The notes under the pieces: generated by a model
Told to the model about the DNA's origin: nothing
Databases searched by the model: none
Seen by the model: the letters and a program-made list of their open reading frames with translations, nothing else
Position numbers and translations under genes: made by a program
Assembly (NCBI GenBank): GCA_963736005.1
Contig: CAVTNB010000001.1
Span: 832,001-896,000 of the forward strand
Direction: 5' to 3'
Source of the DNA: an uncultured Pseudomonadota bacterium
GTDB taxonomy: Bacteria; Vulcanimicrobiota; Vulcanimicrobiia; Eremiobacterales; Eremiobacteraceae
Length of the DNA stretch: 64,000 nucleotides
Part shown: positions 19,445 through 28,875 of the stretch, piece by piece
Numbering within the stretch: the stretch's first letter is position 1
Layout of the letters: every line of letters begins with the position of its first letter

Positions 19445-19470
19445 TTACCCACGCTTCGTTGATCCAAAAC
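19445..19470 (-). promoter_or_regulatory. SigB-type promoter GTTTTG-N14-GGGTAA
   Basis: Consensus match. Confidence 0.65.
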
Positions 19471-19522
19471 TGGCTGCAAAGGCGCACGTTTAGCCCACCG
19501 CCACTTGCGGTACCAAAGAAAC

Positions 19523-20857
19523 GTGGCGTCACCGAAAGAGCACCCGTCTGGTAAAGTCGTGCCCGCGGTCGAGCTTGGCGTGCGCGAAGCTGCGCTTTCC
19601 AAAGAACGGCATCCAGTAAAGCGCTTTCTCAAGATCTTAGGTCCAGGTGTCATTGTCGGAGCATCTGATGACGATCCCTCGGGCATCGGCACGTATTCCA
19701 TCGCCGGTGCGACCCTTGGCTACGCAACCTTATGGACCACCATTGTGATGCTTCCCATGATGTTCGCGGTGCAGTTCATCTGTGCGAAGATTGGGCTCGT
19801 CACCGGCCGGGGGCTGGGGGAAGTTCTAGGCCGGAACTTTCCTAAGTACATTGCCTACCCCGCGGTCTTCGCGCTCGTGATCGCCAACTCGATCAACGCA
19901 GGCGCGGATATCGGAGCCATTGGCGCGGCGTTCAACTTGCTCGTACCGATCCCGATCGTCGCGCTTATCGTGCCGATCGCCGCGGTTCTCCTCGCATTGC
20001 AGATCTGGGGTTCGTATAAGATCATCTCGAGCATCTTCAAGTGGCTGACCCTCTCGCTTTTTGCGTACATCGCGGCATCTTTGTTTGCGCACCCCAACGT
20101 GCTGCACGTCCTTGAGGGAACGTTCATCCCGCGAATTCGGCTCGATGGTGCCTATCTCACCACGCTTGTCGCGCTACTGGGCACGACGATTTCTCCATAC
20201 ATGTTTTTCTGGCAAGCCATCCAAGAAGTCGAAGAAGACATCGCCTTGGGACGACGCTATTGCTGGCAGCGCAAAGGAACCACAGATGCCGAACTCACCT
20301 ATGCAGCGTGGGACGTTGGCGTCGGTATGGCTTTTTCTGAGCTCGTGGCATACTTCATCATCTTCGCGACGGCCGCGACGTTGTTTGTCAGCGGCCACAC
20401 GCATATTGCGACCGCCGCAGACGCGGCCCGGGCCCTCGAGCCTTTGGCCGGACGGTGGGCTGGCGTGCTCTTCGCGCTCGGGCTTATCGGAACGGGCTTT
20501 CTCGCGGTGCCGATACTGACGGGGTCGTCAGCTTACGCTCTCTCAACTCTGTTTGGGTGGAAGTTCGGGCTCAATGAACAGCCGGGCCGAGCGCCGCAGT
20601 TCTACGCCATCATTGCTCTTTCGACGTTGATCGGCATCGAGCTCAATTTCATAGGCATTGGCCCGCTAGCCGCGTTGTACTGGACCGCAGTCATCAATGG
20701 CTGCCTCGCACCCGTGCTGCTGGTATTGATCATGCTACTTGCCAACAATCGAAAAGTCATGGGCGAGCGGACCAACGGACTTGCTCTTAACCTGCTCGGT
20801 TGGTTTACCACCTTCGCCATGTTTGCTGCCGCGATCGGTGCCTTTGTGATCCATTAG
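19523..20857 (+). CDS. NRAMP-family divalent metal transporter
   Basis: LGPGVIVGASDDDPSGIGTYS, GTTISPYMFFWQ; start GTG 19523 (TTG 19505 possible). Confidence 0.9.
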   Translation: MASPKEHPSGKVVPAVELGVREAALSKERHPVKRFLKILGPGVIVGASDDDPSGIGTYSIAGATLGYATLWTTIVMLPMMFAVQFICAKIGLVTGRGLGEVLGRNFPKYIAYPAVFALVIANSINAGADIGAIGAAFNLLVPIPIVALIVPIAAVLLALQIWGSYKIISSIFKWLTLSLFAYIAASLFAHPNVLHVLEGTFIPRIRLDGAYLTTLVALLGTTISPYMFFWQAIQEVEEDIALGRRYCWQRKGTTDAELTYAAWDVGVGMAFSELVAYFIIFATAATLFVSGHTHIATAADAARALEPLAGRWAGVLFALGLIGTGFLAVPILTGSSAYALSTLFGWKFGLNEQPGRAPQFYAIIALSTLIGIELNFIGIGPLAALYWTAVINGCLAPVLLVLIMLLANNRKVMGERTNGLALNLLGWFTTFAMFAAAIGAFVIH

Positions 20858-21345
20858 GTCTTCGGCCAGGCTGGTCTTTTGGTAACCAGCCGCTCAAGCC
20901 AGCGCAGAAGCCGCATCCAAAAGTCACGGCGTACGACCAGCGGGTCTGTAAGAATCGAACGCATTCCGAGGAGTCGAGCTCCAAGGAAATCCGTAAAAAC
21001 CTGATCCCCTATCACAGCGGTGGCGTGCCTGTGGGTGCCAAGCAAGGCGAGCGCGCGCTGGAAGCCGATAGGGAACGGTTTGAGAGCTTTGTGCACGAAG
21101 CGAATCTTGAAGCGATCCGCCACATTTTCTACCCACGCTCTCTCGTTGTTTGAGACGATGACGAGTTTGAAGCCCTGCTGGATAGCCTCCGCCACCCAAG
21201 CCGCATCTTGTTCGTCGGGATGGAGCAGCCCGTAGCCGATAAGCGTGTCATCGAGATCGACAATCAACCCCGCAACCCCAGCTTCTCGAAGCTCATCGAA
21301 AGATATCGCAGAGATGCGCGCCGCAAAGGAATACGGACGAAACAC
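20854..21345 (-). CDS. YqeG-family HAD-IIIA phosphatase
   Basis: VDLDDTL, IVSNN, KP, VIGDQVFTDFLGA. Confidence 0.88.
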   Translation of the reverse strand: MFRPYSFAARISAISFDELREAGVAGLIVDLDDTLIGYGLLHPDEQDAAWVAEAIQQGFKLVIVSNNERAWVENVADRFKIRFVHKALKPFPIGFQRALALLGTHRHATAVIGDQVFTDFLGARLLGMRSILTDPLVVRRDFWMRLLRWLERLVTKRPAWPKT

Positions 21346-21348
21346 TCG

Positions 21349-22221
21349 TTATCTGCGCATATTCGGCGCCGCAAAGATAGCAAGCGCGGATGGCACCAAC
21401 TCGAAAAGAGCAGGTGTGGCGGTTGAAAGCTCACCATCGGTGTAAATGGCCTTCGGACGTGCGGTGTGGATTTCGATCTGCCGTCCGCGTTCCAACCGCA
21501 CCCCAGGAACGCCCGCGTACCGTGCTTGCACGAGCGCGGGGATAAGACGTACAAGATCAGGGAACCGACAAACCTCAAGAGCGTACAGTTCAAAGCGATG
21601 ATCGCTGATATCGGCTTCTGGGGATTTTATCAATCCTCCGAAGCGCTCCCCATTGCCCACGGTTATTTGTAACGCTGACAAGTCTTCTGTCGTGTCGTCC
21701 CAGCGCACTCGGGCACGAAATCGCCGAGCTCGTGTGAGAGCCCGCGCCGCATTGCCTATGGCTGCCCCAACCCCAAAAAATTTCTTTGTGGTTGGGTTAA
21801 GATCCCGAACGATGCTATTGCTGAGGCCCATACTGGCTTCGTTGACGAAGTATCTGTCATTGACACGGCCGAGATCTATGTGACGTATCCTGCCCACGGC
21901 AATCGTTCGACAAGCTTCACGGAGATCGCTCGATATTCCGAGGGTGGCGGCAAGGTCGTTGGCTGTTCCGAGGGGGATAAGGCCAACCGGCAGTTTGAGT
22001 TGCACAAGAGCCCCGAGAAGCTGGTTGATCGTGCCGTCGCCGCCCCCCACGATGACGTAGTCTATTTTGCCCTGCTCGCGAACAACAGATGCGAATCTTC
22101 CTGGCGGCGTATGGGAAACGTCAACGACCTCGATGTTAAGTTCAGCAAGACGGGTCATTGCTTTTAGCTTAAGAGCAGCACCGCTTCGGGATCGTGGGTT
22201 GACGTAGAGCGCAGCACGCAT
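21349..22221 (-). CDS. diacylglycerol/lipid kinase family (YegS-like)
   Basis: VNPRS, GGGDGTI, PLGTANDLA, TDGE. Confidence 0.9.
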   Translation of the reverse strand: MRAALYVNPRSRSGAALKLKAMTRLAELNIEVVDVSHTPPGRFASVVREQGKIDYVIVGGGDGTINQLLGALVQLKLPVGLIPLGTANDLAATLGISSDLREACRTIAVGRIRHIDLGRVNDRYFVNEASMGLSNSIVRDLNPTTKKFFGVGAAIGNAARALTRARRFRARVRWDDTTEDLSALQITVGNGERFGGLIKSPEADISDHRFELYALEVCRFPDLVRLIPALVQARYAGVPGVRLERGRQIEIHTARPKAIYTDGELSTATPALFELVPSALAIFAAPNMRR

Positions 22222-22292
22222 TGTGGTTTTCGTTGCGATTCCGTCCGACGAGTTGGAGCGAAGCGCCGGATTGGTACCCGGCGCTTTTTGCT

Positions 22293-22424
22293 CTACACGC
22301 AGTCCGAATGACCGCAGGCGCACTTGTCGCCGTTCATCTTGCCCTGTTTGCAAGAATCGCTGCAGTAGCCCGCGTTCGAACTTTCATTACATTGGCACGG
22401 GGCCTGTCCGCACTTACCAGCCAT
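22293..22424 (-). CDS. bacterial metallothionein-like peptide (43 aa, missing from ORF track)
   Basis: GGAGG RBS; MAGKCGQAPCQCNESSNAGYCSDSCKQGKMNGDKCACGHSDCV, 8 Cys + 1 His. Confidence 0.85.
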   Translation of the reverse strand: MAGKCGQAPCQCNESSNAGYCSDSCKQGKMNGDKCACGHSDCV

Positions 22425-22480
22425 ACAATCACCTCCGCTGCGACGGGAGCAATTAAAGCCGGCCCCCGATGAGCAGGGTT

Positions 22481-22505
22481 ATTCCCAAATCTATCTCACA
22501 AAAAC
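22481..22505 (-). promoter_or_regulatory. SigB-type promoter GTTTTT-N13-GGGAAT upstream of the metallothionein-like ORF
   Basis: Consensus match. Confidence 0.55.
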
Positions 22506-22539
22506 GCGTCGAACTTTTCTGATGTGTGCAGCGCCTTGC

Positions 22540-22725
22540 TCAGCGCCGGCGCAGGGTTGGCGGTTCGCGCTTGCCTTTCTGTCCGACACCACGTGCGAGA
22601 ATCGCCACCAGGACCGCCACGATCGCGATAAAGACAACAATCCACAACCACCATTCGGGCGATCCAAATGTTGGTTTGGTCGTGCCAAGCGGTGTCGGCT
22701 CGGCAATCACCGTCTGCATCAGCAT
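22540..22725 (-). CDS. small single-pass membrane protein
   Basis: WWLWIVVFIAIVAVLVAILA TM segment with a basic tail. Confidence 0.6.
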   Translation of the reverse strand: MLMQTVIAEPTPLGTTKPTFGSPEWWLWIVVFIAIVAVLVAILARGVGQKGKREPPTLRRR

Positions 22726-22776
22726 TACATCACTTCTTACCCAAAGCCGGCCCTTGTTTATCGCTTTATAGCGACG

Positions 22777-22802
22777 GTTTGTGCGTTCTTCGATGTGGGT
22801 AA
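22777..22802 (+). promoter_or_regulatory. SigB-type promoter GTTTGT-N14-GGGTAA
   Basis: Consensus match 9 nt before ATG 22812. Confidence 0.65.
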
Positions 22803-22811
22803 AAACAACTC

Positions 22812-23423
22812 ATGAGGATTGCTTCTACTATGCCGATCAGAATCTGTCATAAACCTATGTGGTTGGCCATGCTGGTCGCGATCGGGGTTGTTGGTTGTAC
22901 GCATCAAGACGTAGCCTCAGGGTTGCAGGCCCAAGCGCAACCGTTCGTGCAGGCGCGCGCTCAGGCGGTGGCGATCGTTGCAAACGCAAAACAGCAAGTA
23001 GACCCAGGCAGCATCAACTATGTCAACGTGAAATACTCGGCGCTGCAGGAGCAGGCGAATAACTACGTTGGTTTGCTCGTTGAGGCGCTGGATATCGCAT
23101 CCTTTGACAGTGGGAAAAGTCAAATTGATGCGGCCGAGTTGACAAAGGCGATTGATGGGTTTAACGGCTCCATACAGCCGCTAGTAAAGCCAAAGACATC
23201 GGCCATAACGCAAGGCGGCTCAAGTGGCCCTTCGCCTCTCCCCGATCAATGGGTTGAAAGTTTCCGAGCAAGCCTCGACGCGTATTGGTCTCAAAACCGG
23301 GCGCGTATAGCCAAGATGACTCCAGACCAACGAACGGCGCTTGGCGAGCAAATCAAAGCGCAACTTGCCTGGCCAAACTTTCAAGACATAGCGCGAGAAA
23401 AGCTTCAATCTCCTGCATCTTAG
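22812..23423 (+). CDS. hypothetical lipoprotein
   Basis: Lipobox VVGC; helical-looking body. Confidence 0.7.
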   Translation: MRIASTMPIRICHKPMWLAMLVAIGVVGCTHQDVASGLQAQAQPFVQARAQAVAIVANAKQQVDPGSINYVNVKYSALQEQANNYVGLLVEALDIASFDSGKSQIDAAELTKAIDGFNGSIQPLVKPKTSAITQGGSSGPSPLPDQWVESFRASLDAYWSQNRARIAKMTPDQRTALGEQIKAQLAWPNFQDIAREKLQSPAS

Positions 23424-23473
23424 ACCGTTGGTAAACAATCGGTATCTCTGATTTTGGACGGAGGGTCAAGACC

Positions 23474-24523
23474 GTGAAGACTTGTGGATTCTCTTCTAGC
23501 ATCAAACGGAGGCCATTGGGCGTTTTTTGCGGTGTGGCCCTTGGATTGGTCGTGCTCTGCGCCGCGGGGTCCGCGGCGGCCACCATTCCCGTCATTGTCA
23601 ACGGTCAACAGGTGCAGTTCGATACGCCGCCGATCGAGCGATCGGGACGTGTTTTTGTGCCCCTGCGAGGAGTTTTTGAGAAGTTAGGCGCCAGCGTCGT
23701 TTATGACAATGGGCTCATCAATGCAACAGGAGACGGGCGCAGCATCCAGTTGAGGATTGGATCGACAACTGCTACGGTGGATGGAAACACACAGCAGTTG
23801 GAGGTCGCACCCTTCCTCGTGGGGCCGCGGACGTACGTGCCCTTGCGTTTCATCTCTGAAGCGCTTGGCGCGACAGTCGATTGGAATGACAACACGCAGA
23901 CCGTCAGCATTTTCTCCGGGAGCCAATCGTCCGCTGGGGTGCAACTGCTTGAGGTGACGCCTGCGTCGGGTTCTGTGGTTGCAGCACAAAGCCCAGCGGT
24001 TTCAGCCACTTTTTCTTCAGCGGTCGATCCCAACTCGGTGCACATCACGCTAGACGGACGTGATGTGTCAACCACCACAGACATTTCCGGCACCAACTTT
24101 CTGTTCACTCCGCCCTACGCCCTGACAGCGCAACAACACACGGTACGGGTTAGCGGCACCTCAACCAGTGGCACGTCGTTCGTTCAAAGCTGGTCATTTA
24201 CGTCCGGCACGAGCGTCGTCGGAAACTATCTGAGGAATTTGAGTCCCAGCAATGGCTCAACTGTAGGCAGCACGTTTACCATTTCCGGACGCACGATCCC
24301 TAACTCTGCGGTTCACCTTGTGGTCATCCCGACAGCCGTCTTTGGCGGCGTCTTCGCGGTCACATCAGGGACGTATGTGGCCGACGTAACCGCCGACAGT
24401 AACGGGCTATTCTCGCAGGTGGTTAACGTTCAGACGGTCGCGGGAGGCAAGGTAGGCGTTCGCATTACTTCTGTCGCTCCAAGCAAGGAAAGCGCGACGG
24501 TGAGCCTCAGCCTGAACAGTTAG
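23474..24523 (+). CDS. copper amine oxidase N-terminal (stalk) domain protein with Ig-like domains
   Basis: GRVFVPLRGVFEKLGA and RTYVPLRFISEALGATVDW. Confidence 0.85.
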   Translation: MKTCGFSSSIKRRPLGVFCGVALGLVVLCAAGSAAATIPVIVNGQQVQFDTPPIERSGRVFVPLRGVFEKLGASVVYDNGLINATGDGRSIQLRIGSTTATVDGNTQQLEVAPFLVGPRTYVPLRFISEALGATVDWNDNTQTVSIFSGSQSSAGVQLLEVTPASGSVVAAQSPAVSATFSSAVDPNSVHITLDGRDVSTTTDISGTNFLFTPPYALTAQQHTVRVSGTSTSGTSFVQSWSFTSGTSVVGNYLRNLSPSNGSTVGSTFTISGRTIPNSAVHLVVIPTAVFGGVFAVTSGTYVADVTADSNGLFSQVVNVQTVAGGKVGVRITSVAPSKESATVSLSLNS

Positions 24524-24604
24524 ACGTCCAGAATTCGGCAACGAACGGGGGCGCGGGCCGGTGAAGGACCGTGCCCCACGCCATCTAGCGTTGCCGTTTT
24601 TGTT

Positions 24605-24859
24605 TCACTTTCGCTTGTTTAGCCGATCACGCAGCTGGCGCTTCGTCTTGTCAATCGCAGCGGCACCGCGGTGACTAGCTTCCTTCACCGCCGACCCGGC
24701 TTTTTCACGGGTGGTCATGGCATCGCCGGCAACATCGCGCTTCGCGCGTTCGCCTGCCGCGCCCACTCGATGCTTTATCTCGCTGATGCTGTCTTTGAGA
24801 TCGGACGCAAGAACGCGTCCGTCCTTTTTTGCACGTGCTACCTGTCGGTTGGTTTTCAT
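24605..24859 (-). CDS. small hydrophilic protein (stress-protein-like)
   Basis: AAGGAG RBS; promoter GTTTAG-N14-GGGCAA at 24925-24950 (-). Confidence 0.65.
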   Translation of the reverse strand: MKTNRQVARAKKDGRVLASDLKDSISEIKHRVGAAGERAKRDVAGDAMTTREKAGSAVKEASHRGAAAIDKTKRQLRDRLNKRK

Positions 24860-24987
24860 GGGTCTCCTTTCAATGCCTAGCCACTTGCTGTCGGCCTCCT
24901 GCTGCCGGTCTTGGCCCATCATCATTGCCCAAATCCGGTGCCTGCTAAACGGGGTCGTTGACGCCAACTTGGGTAGAAGTTTTGTCT

Positions 24988-25716
24988 ATGGCGCGTAGCG
25001 GCAACAGGGATGCTCATTCCAACGAATTTTCACGAGGGGTTGCGGAATTCACCGGGACCTTCTTTCTCACTTTGGTCGCCGCGGGCGCGGACGTCGTTGA
25101 AACGGCAAGCCACGGCGAACTTGGACATACGTCGCACTATTTGGCGCCCGGTTTTGTGGTTGCCGCAATGATCTGGAGCATAAGCGGGGTTTCTGGTGCT
25201 CACCTCAATCCCGCAGTAACCTTTGCTTTTGTTCTTCGAAAGACGTTCCCCTTAAGCCGCGCAGTTGTCTATTGGGTCGTTCAGTTTGCGGGTGCTCTAG
25301 CAGCGGCAGCCACGTTGCGCGGCTTCTTCGGAGACTTGATACGCGCCGGTGCGAGCGCACCCGGCGCGGGTATTGCGGATTGGGCTGCGGTCGCGTGGGA
25401 AGCGATCCTCACGCTGCTGTTGCTGTTGGTCATCTTGGGCACGGCGGAAAATGAGGCGGTGGTCGGTAAGAATGCGGCACTCGCCGTTGGCTTAACGGTC
25501 GCGCTTTGCGGCCTTTTCTCAAGTCCGATCTCTGGGGCGTCCATGAATCCAGCACGGTCTCTTGGACCGCAACTCGTGGCTGGAGTGACAGACCACTGCT
25601 GGATCTATCTGCTCGGCCCGTTACTCGGTGTTTTTGCTTCGCTCGGGCTAGGGTGGGTGCTCTTTGGACCCCCTAGGCTGTCGGAGCGAGAAGCGGCACA
25701 CGGAAAGCATCCTTGA
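24988..25716 (+). CDS. MIP/aquaporin family channel
   Basis: AEFTGTF, SGAHLNPAVT, GASMNPARSLGP. Confidence 0.93.
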   Translation: MARSGNRDAHSNEFSRGVAEFTGTFFLTLVAAGADVVETASHGELGHTSHYLAPGFVVAAMIWSISGVSGAHLNPAVTFAFVLRKTFPLSRAVVYWVVQFAGALAAAATLRGFFGDLIRAGASAPGAGIADWAAVAWEAILTLLLLLVILGTAENEAVVGKNAALAVGLTVALCGLFSSPISGASMNPARSLGPQLVAGVTDHCWIYLLGPLLGVFASLGLGWVLFGPPRLSEREAAHGKHP

Positions 25717-25747
25717 ACAGATTCTGAGAGGCGGACCCCCAAACTGG

Positions 25748-27172
25748 CTAGCCCGACATGATCATATTCAGCGACTGATAGATCGCGGCCGCGGCATTGA
25801 GGGCTTCCAAGTCTGTCGTGATGCGCGGCGGCGTATAAGCCGCGGGATAGAGCTCAGGAAGACTGGGGCTCGTTGGGGGTGTGGCGGACAAGCCTGCAAC
25901 GCAACGAAAGATAAGTTCCGCGTACAGCGCATTCGCCCACCCAAATTCACTTCGCGTGAAGTGCCACGGCTCGTCTGGGTCAATGCTCTCGTAGAACAGA
26001 CCGCGCGCGCCATCCAGGGCTCGCAGCTCGGCAATGGGCTCATCGACTTCTCCCGGGGTTGCGGCGGTTAGCGCCTGGCCAATCAGTCCGAGCGGCCATA
26101 CCCAGCCCGTGCGTGTGTGCGGGCTGCCGAGGCCTGCGCCGTAGGTTCCGCGATACCAGTATGGATTGTCTTGTGAGAGAGAAAAGCGGCGCGTGTTTGT
26201 GTAGATGGGATCGAAGCGCAAGACGAGCCCTAAGAGCGGCATGGTCAGGAGGTTTGGAATATTGGCATCGTCCATGAGAATGAAATTCCCAAGCCCGTCA
26301 ACCTCATACGGATACATCCACCCGTAACGGAAATCGTAGACGATCCCGTAGGTTGCAACCCCAAATTGGATCTCTTCCGCCAACGAGGTCGCGCGCCCGG
26401 CGAGTTTGGAATCTCCATACCCGATCACAGCAAGTCGCGCCAAATCTTGCAGCTCGTAAGCGGCGAACAGCTCCTGCGGGATGTTATAAGAGTACCGCAC
26501 GGGATCGTCCGAGGGACGAAACGCGCACCAAATCATTCCCGTATAGGCGAAGTCTTGCCCGCGGCCATGGTTCCCAAGGAAGGGCGAACGGTAGCTCGAG
26601 CATGTGCTGTGATGCTGCTCGCATTCATAGGTTGAGACAATGTGTTCGAGTGCCCAATGCAACTGCAAGGTGAAGATGGAGCGATCTCTGGTCCTGCGCC
26701 AATACACAGAATCGAGCAATACTGGATAGCTCAGCGAATCGACCTCCCACTTCTCCTCCCAGAGCTTGTAACTGCGCGTGAAGGCGTTCGCATACGCAGA
26801 GGTGAGTATGTTTCTTGCGTTGCGCTGGATAACACCGCGAACGATCGTCTGAAGCTCCGGGTATGCGGGGACGAAACGGACGTAGGGCAGCGTTTGCGAG
26901 GAGGAGTCGCGCAACCACATCGCGGGGATGTCTCCCGTCTCGACGTAGATGGTCCCATCGTCTTCCAATGAAAAGTCCGAGAACAAAGTGTGAAAGAGCG
27001 TCTCGGCGTCAACATCGATCGTGCGCTGTCGCATGCCGGGCAGCGACAAGGGAATCGTCGTACTGACATTGCTCGTCCCAATTGCTGCGGAAGGGCGGGG
27101 GGTGATGACGCATAGGAGAGAGGCAAAGCACGCCGCGAGGACGATGATGAGTGAAGGGCGTGCGAGCGTCAC
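25748..27172 (-). CDS. secreted glycoside hydrolase family 125 (exo-alpha-1,6-mannosidase-like)
   Basis: TGDIPAMWLRDSS, EKWEVDSL, FRPSDD, MDDANIPNLL, GSPHT, FGWANALYAE. Confidence 0.9.
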   Translation of the reverse strand: MTLARPSLIIVLAACFASLLCVITPRPSAAIGTSNVSTTIPLSLPGMRQRTIDVDAETLFHTLFSDFSLEDDGTIYVETGDIPAMWLRDSSSQTLPYVRFVPAYPELQTIVRGVIQRNARNILTSAYANAFTRSYKLWEEKWEVDSLSYPVLLDSVYWRRTRDRSIFTLQLHWALEHIVSTYECEQHHSTCSSYRSPFLGNHGRGQDFAYTGMIWCAFRPSDDPVRYSYNIPQELFAAYELQDLARLAVIGYGDSKLAGRATSLAEEIQFGVATYGIVYDFRYGWMYPYEVDGLGNFILMDDANIPNLLTMPLLGLVLRFDPIYTNTRRFSLSQDNPYWYRGTYGAGLGSPHTRTGWVWPLGLIGQALTAATPGEVDEPIAELRALDGARGLFYESIDPDEPWHFTRSEFGWANALYAELIFRCVAGLSATPPTSPSLPELYPAAYTPPRITTDLEALNAAAAIYQSLNMIMSG

Positions 27173-27269
27173 GGAAGTCGCTCTTAGGGAAAATGCGATG
27201 CAGACCTTCCCTGCAAAAGCGAAGAGGCGGCCATGGCCGCCCCTCCGATCGCTCTTCGCGAAGTCGCTT

Positions 27270-27572
27270 TTACGACGCCCGCTGCCGGAGCGGCGGGAAG
27301 AGAAGGTCGATGTCCTTGTTGCCGTCGATTACCTGTAACGGCTGTGGCTGAGGCGTCGATGCCTGCGCCTTCTGCTCTCCAATTTTCATCGCCACGAGCA
27401 ACGCCAACGAGCTGGCTGCCGTGAGCACGAGAGCAACGATCGGTCCTTGCATGTAGAACACGGCCCCTATGGTGGCCACGCTCGCGATAATTCCACTCCA
27501 CATCATGAATCGCCTCAATATCTCGATAAAGTATAGCGCCCGCCTGGGCTGCCAGTAAGACCAACACCTCAT
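27270..27572 (-). CDS. hypothetical membrane protein
   Basis: Two hydrophobic helices; start uncertain. Confidence 0.5.
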   Translation of the reverse strand: MRCWSYWQPRRALYFIEILRRFMMWSGIIASVATIGAVFYMQGPIVALVLTAASSLALLVAMKIGEQKAQASTPQPQPLQVIDGNKDIDLLFPPLRQRAS

Positions 27573-27679
27573 TTCGCTGTTACGTAAAGAACCGCGCAAA
27601 CGGCCGTCGGGCAATGGTTTGTGACCTCGCTCATCGGCAAGGTGTGCGCCGCAGGCACTGCCAAGTCATATGATCGCGC

Positions 27680-28867
27680 ATGTTTTCTCGCATTTTGCCC
27701 ATCTTGGGCGTTACCTTTATCGACATTTTGGGCTTCAGCATTCTCTTGCCGATCCTGCCCTATTTCGTCAAGAGTTTCGGCGCATCAGACGTTGTCGTGG
27801 GCTTGCTGTTTTCGACCTTTGCGGCGTGCCAATTTCTTTCTGGCCCAGTCTGGGGCAACATCAGCGATCGCATTGGTCGCAAGAAAGTGTTGATCGTCAG
27901 CCAGATAGGCGCAAGCATCGGTTGGTACATGCTCGCATATTCACATACGATCGGCATGGTTTTTTTTGCGCGCATCGTCGAAGGCATTTCGGGTGGCAAT
28001 ATCAGCGTCACGCAGGCGTACGTCGCCGATCTCGTGGAGCCGAAGCAACGCGGGCGCGCGTTCTCTTACGTGGGAGCATCCTTCAGTGCGGGCATCGTTT
28101 TTGGCCCCGTCCTCGGCGGAGTGCTGCTCGAACGCTATGGCTTTGCGGCCCCCTTTTTAGCCGCGGCGACCTTGCAAGTGATCACGCTAATCGTCACGAT
28201 TTTGATGCTGCCCGAATCACGCAGCGCCCGCGACAGCCAGGCGGCGTCGTTTGGTCAGATTCGAGCATCCCTTGTCGATCCGCGCGTAGGACCGGTCTTG
28301 GTGCAGATGTGGGCTTTCTCGCTCGCCCTGTATGCGTGGTTCGGCGTCTTCGCCCTTCTGATTAAAGCGGCCCTTGGGTTTACCGCAAGCCAGACGAGCT
28401 TCTTTTTTGCGGCATTCGGCGTGGTGAGCGTGTTTTTGCAACTTGGGCCCGGTCCGCGTCTCATCGACAGGTCTGGCGACAGGCTGAGCAGCAACATCGG
28501 CATCGGCGCCGCGCTGCTTGCATTCTTGCTCGTGCCATTCATTCACAACCTGGCGACGTTGCTGCCTACCTTCTTGCTCTTCGCGGTGGGCATGGCAATA
28601 GCTCGTCCAGCGCTCTCGTCAATCTTGACTGCGGGAGTCCCTGAGAATCAGCGAGGCACTATCCTCGGCGTGAATTCTGCCCTTGATAACTTGTCAGGGG
28701 TCACCATGCCTCCCCTGTCAACCGGTCTGCTCGGCGGCCTGGGAACGCCGTGGGCGGGCGCGACCTCAAGCCTTTTTGCCTTCATCGCTTTGGTCATGGG
28801 TATCGCTGCTCAACGCAAGGGAGCGCACGTTCTGGCGGAAACGCCGGTCGAAGCAACAGCAAGATAA
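27680..28867 (+). CDS. MFS transporter, TetA/DHA1 family
   Basis: FIDILGFSILLPILP, GNISDRIGRKKV, ARIVEGISGGNISVTQAYVAD. Confidence 0.92.
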   Translation: MFSRILPILGVTFIDILGFSILLPILPYFVKSFGASDVVVGLLFSTFAACQFLSGPVWGNISDRIGRKKVLIVSQIGASIGWYMLAYSHTIGMVFFARIVEGISGGNISVTQAYVADLVEPKQRGRAFSYVGASFSAGIVFGPVLGGVLLERYGFAAPFLAAATLQVITLIVTILMLPESRSARDSQAASFGQIRASLVDPRVGPVLVQMWAFSLALYAWFGVFALLIKAALGFTASQTSFFFAAFGVVSVFLQLGPGPRLIDRSGDRLSSNIGIGAALLAFLLVPFIHNLATLLPTFLLFAVGMAIARPALSSILTAGVPENQRGTILGVNSALDNLSGVTMPPLSTGLLGGLGTPWAGATSSLFAFIALVMGIAAQRKGAHVLAETPVEATAR

Positions 28868-28875
28868 CGTTGGAC

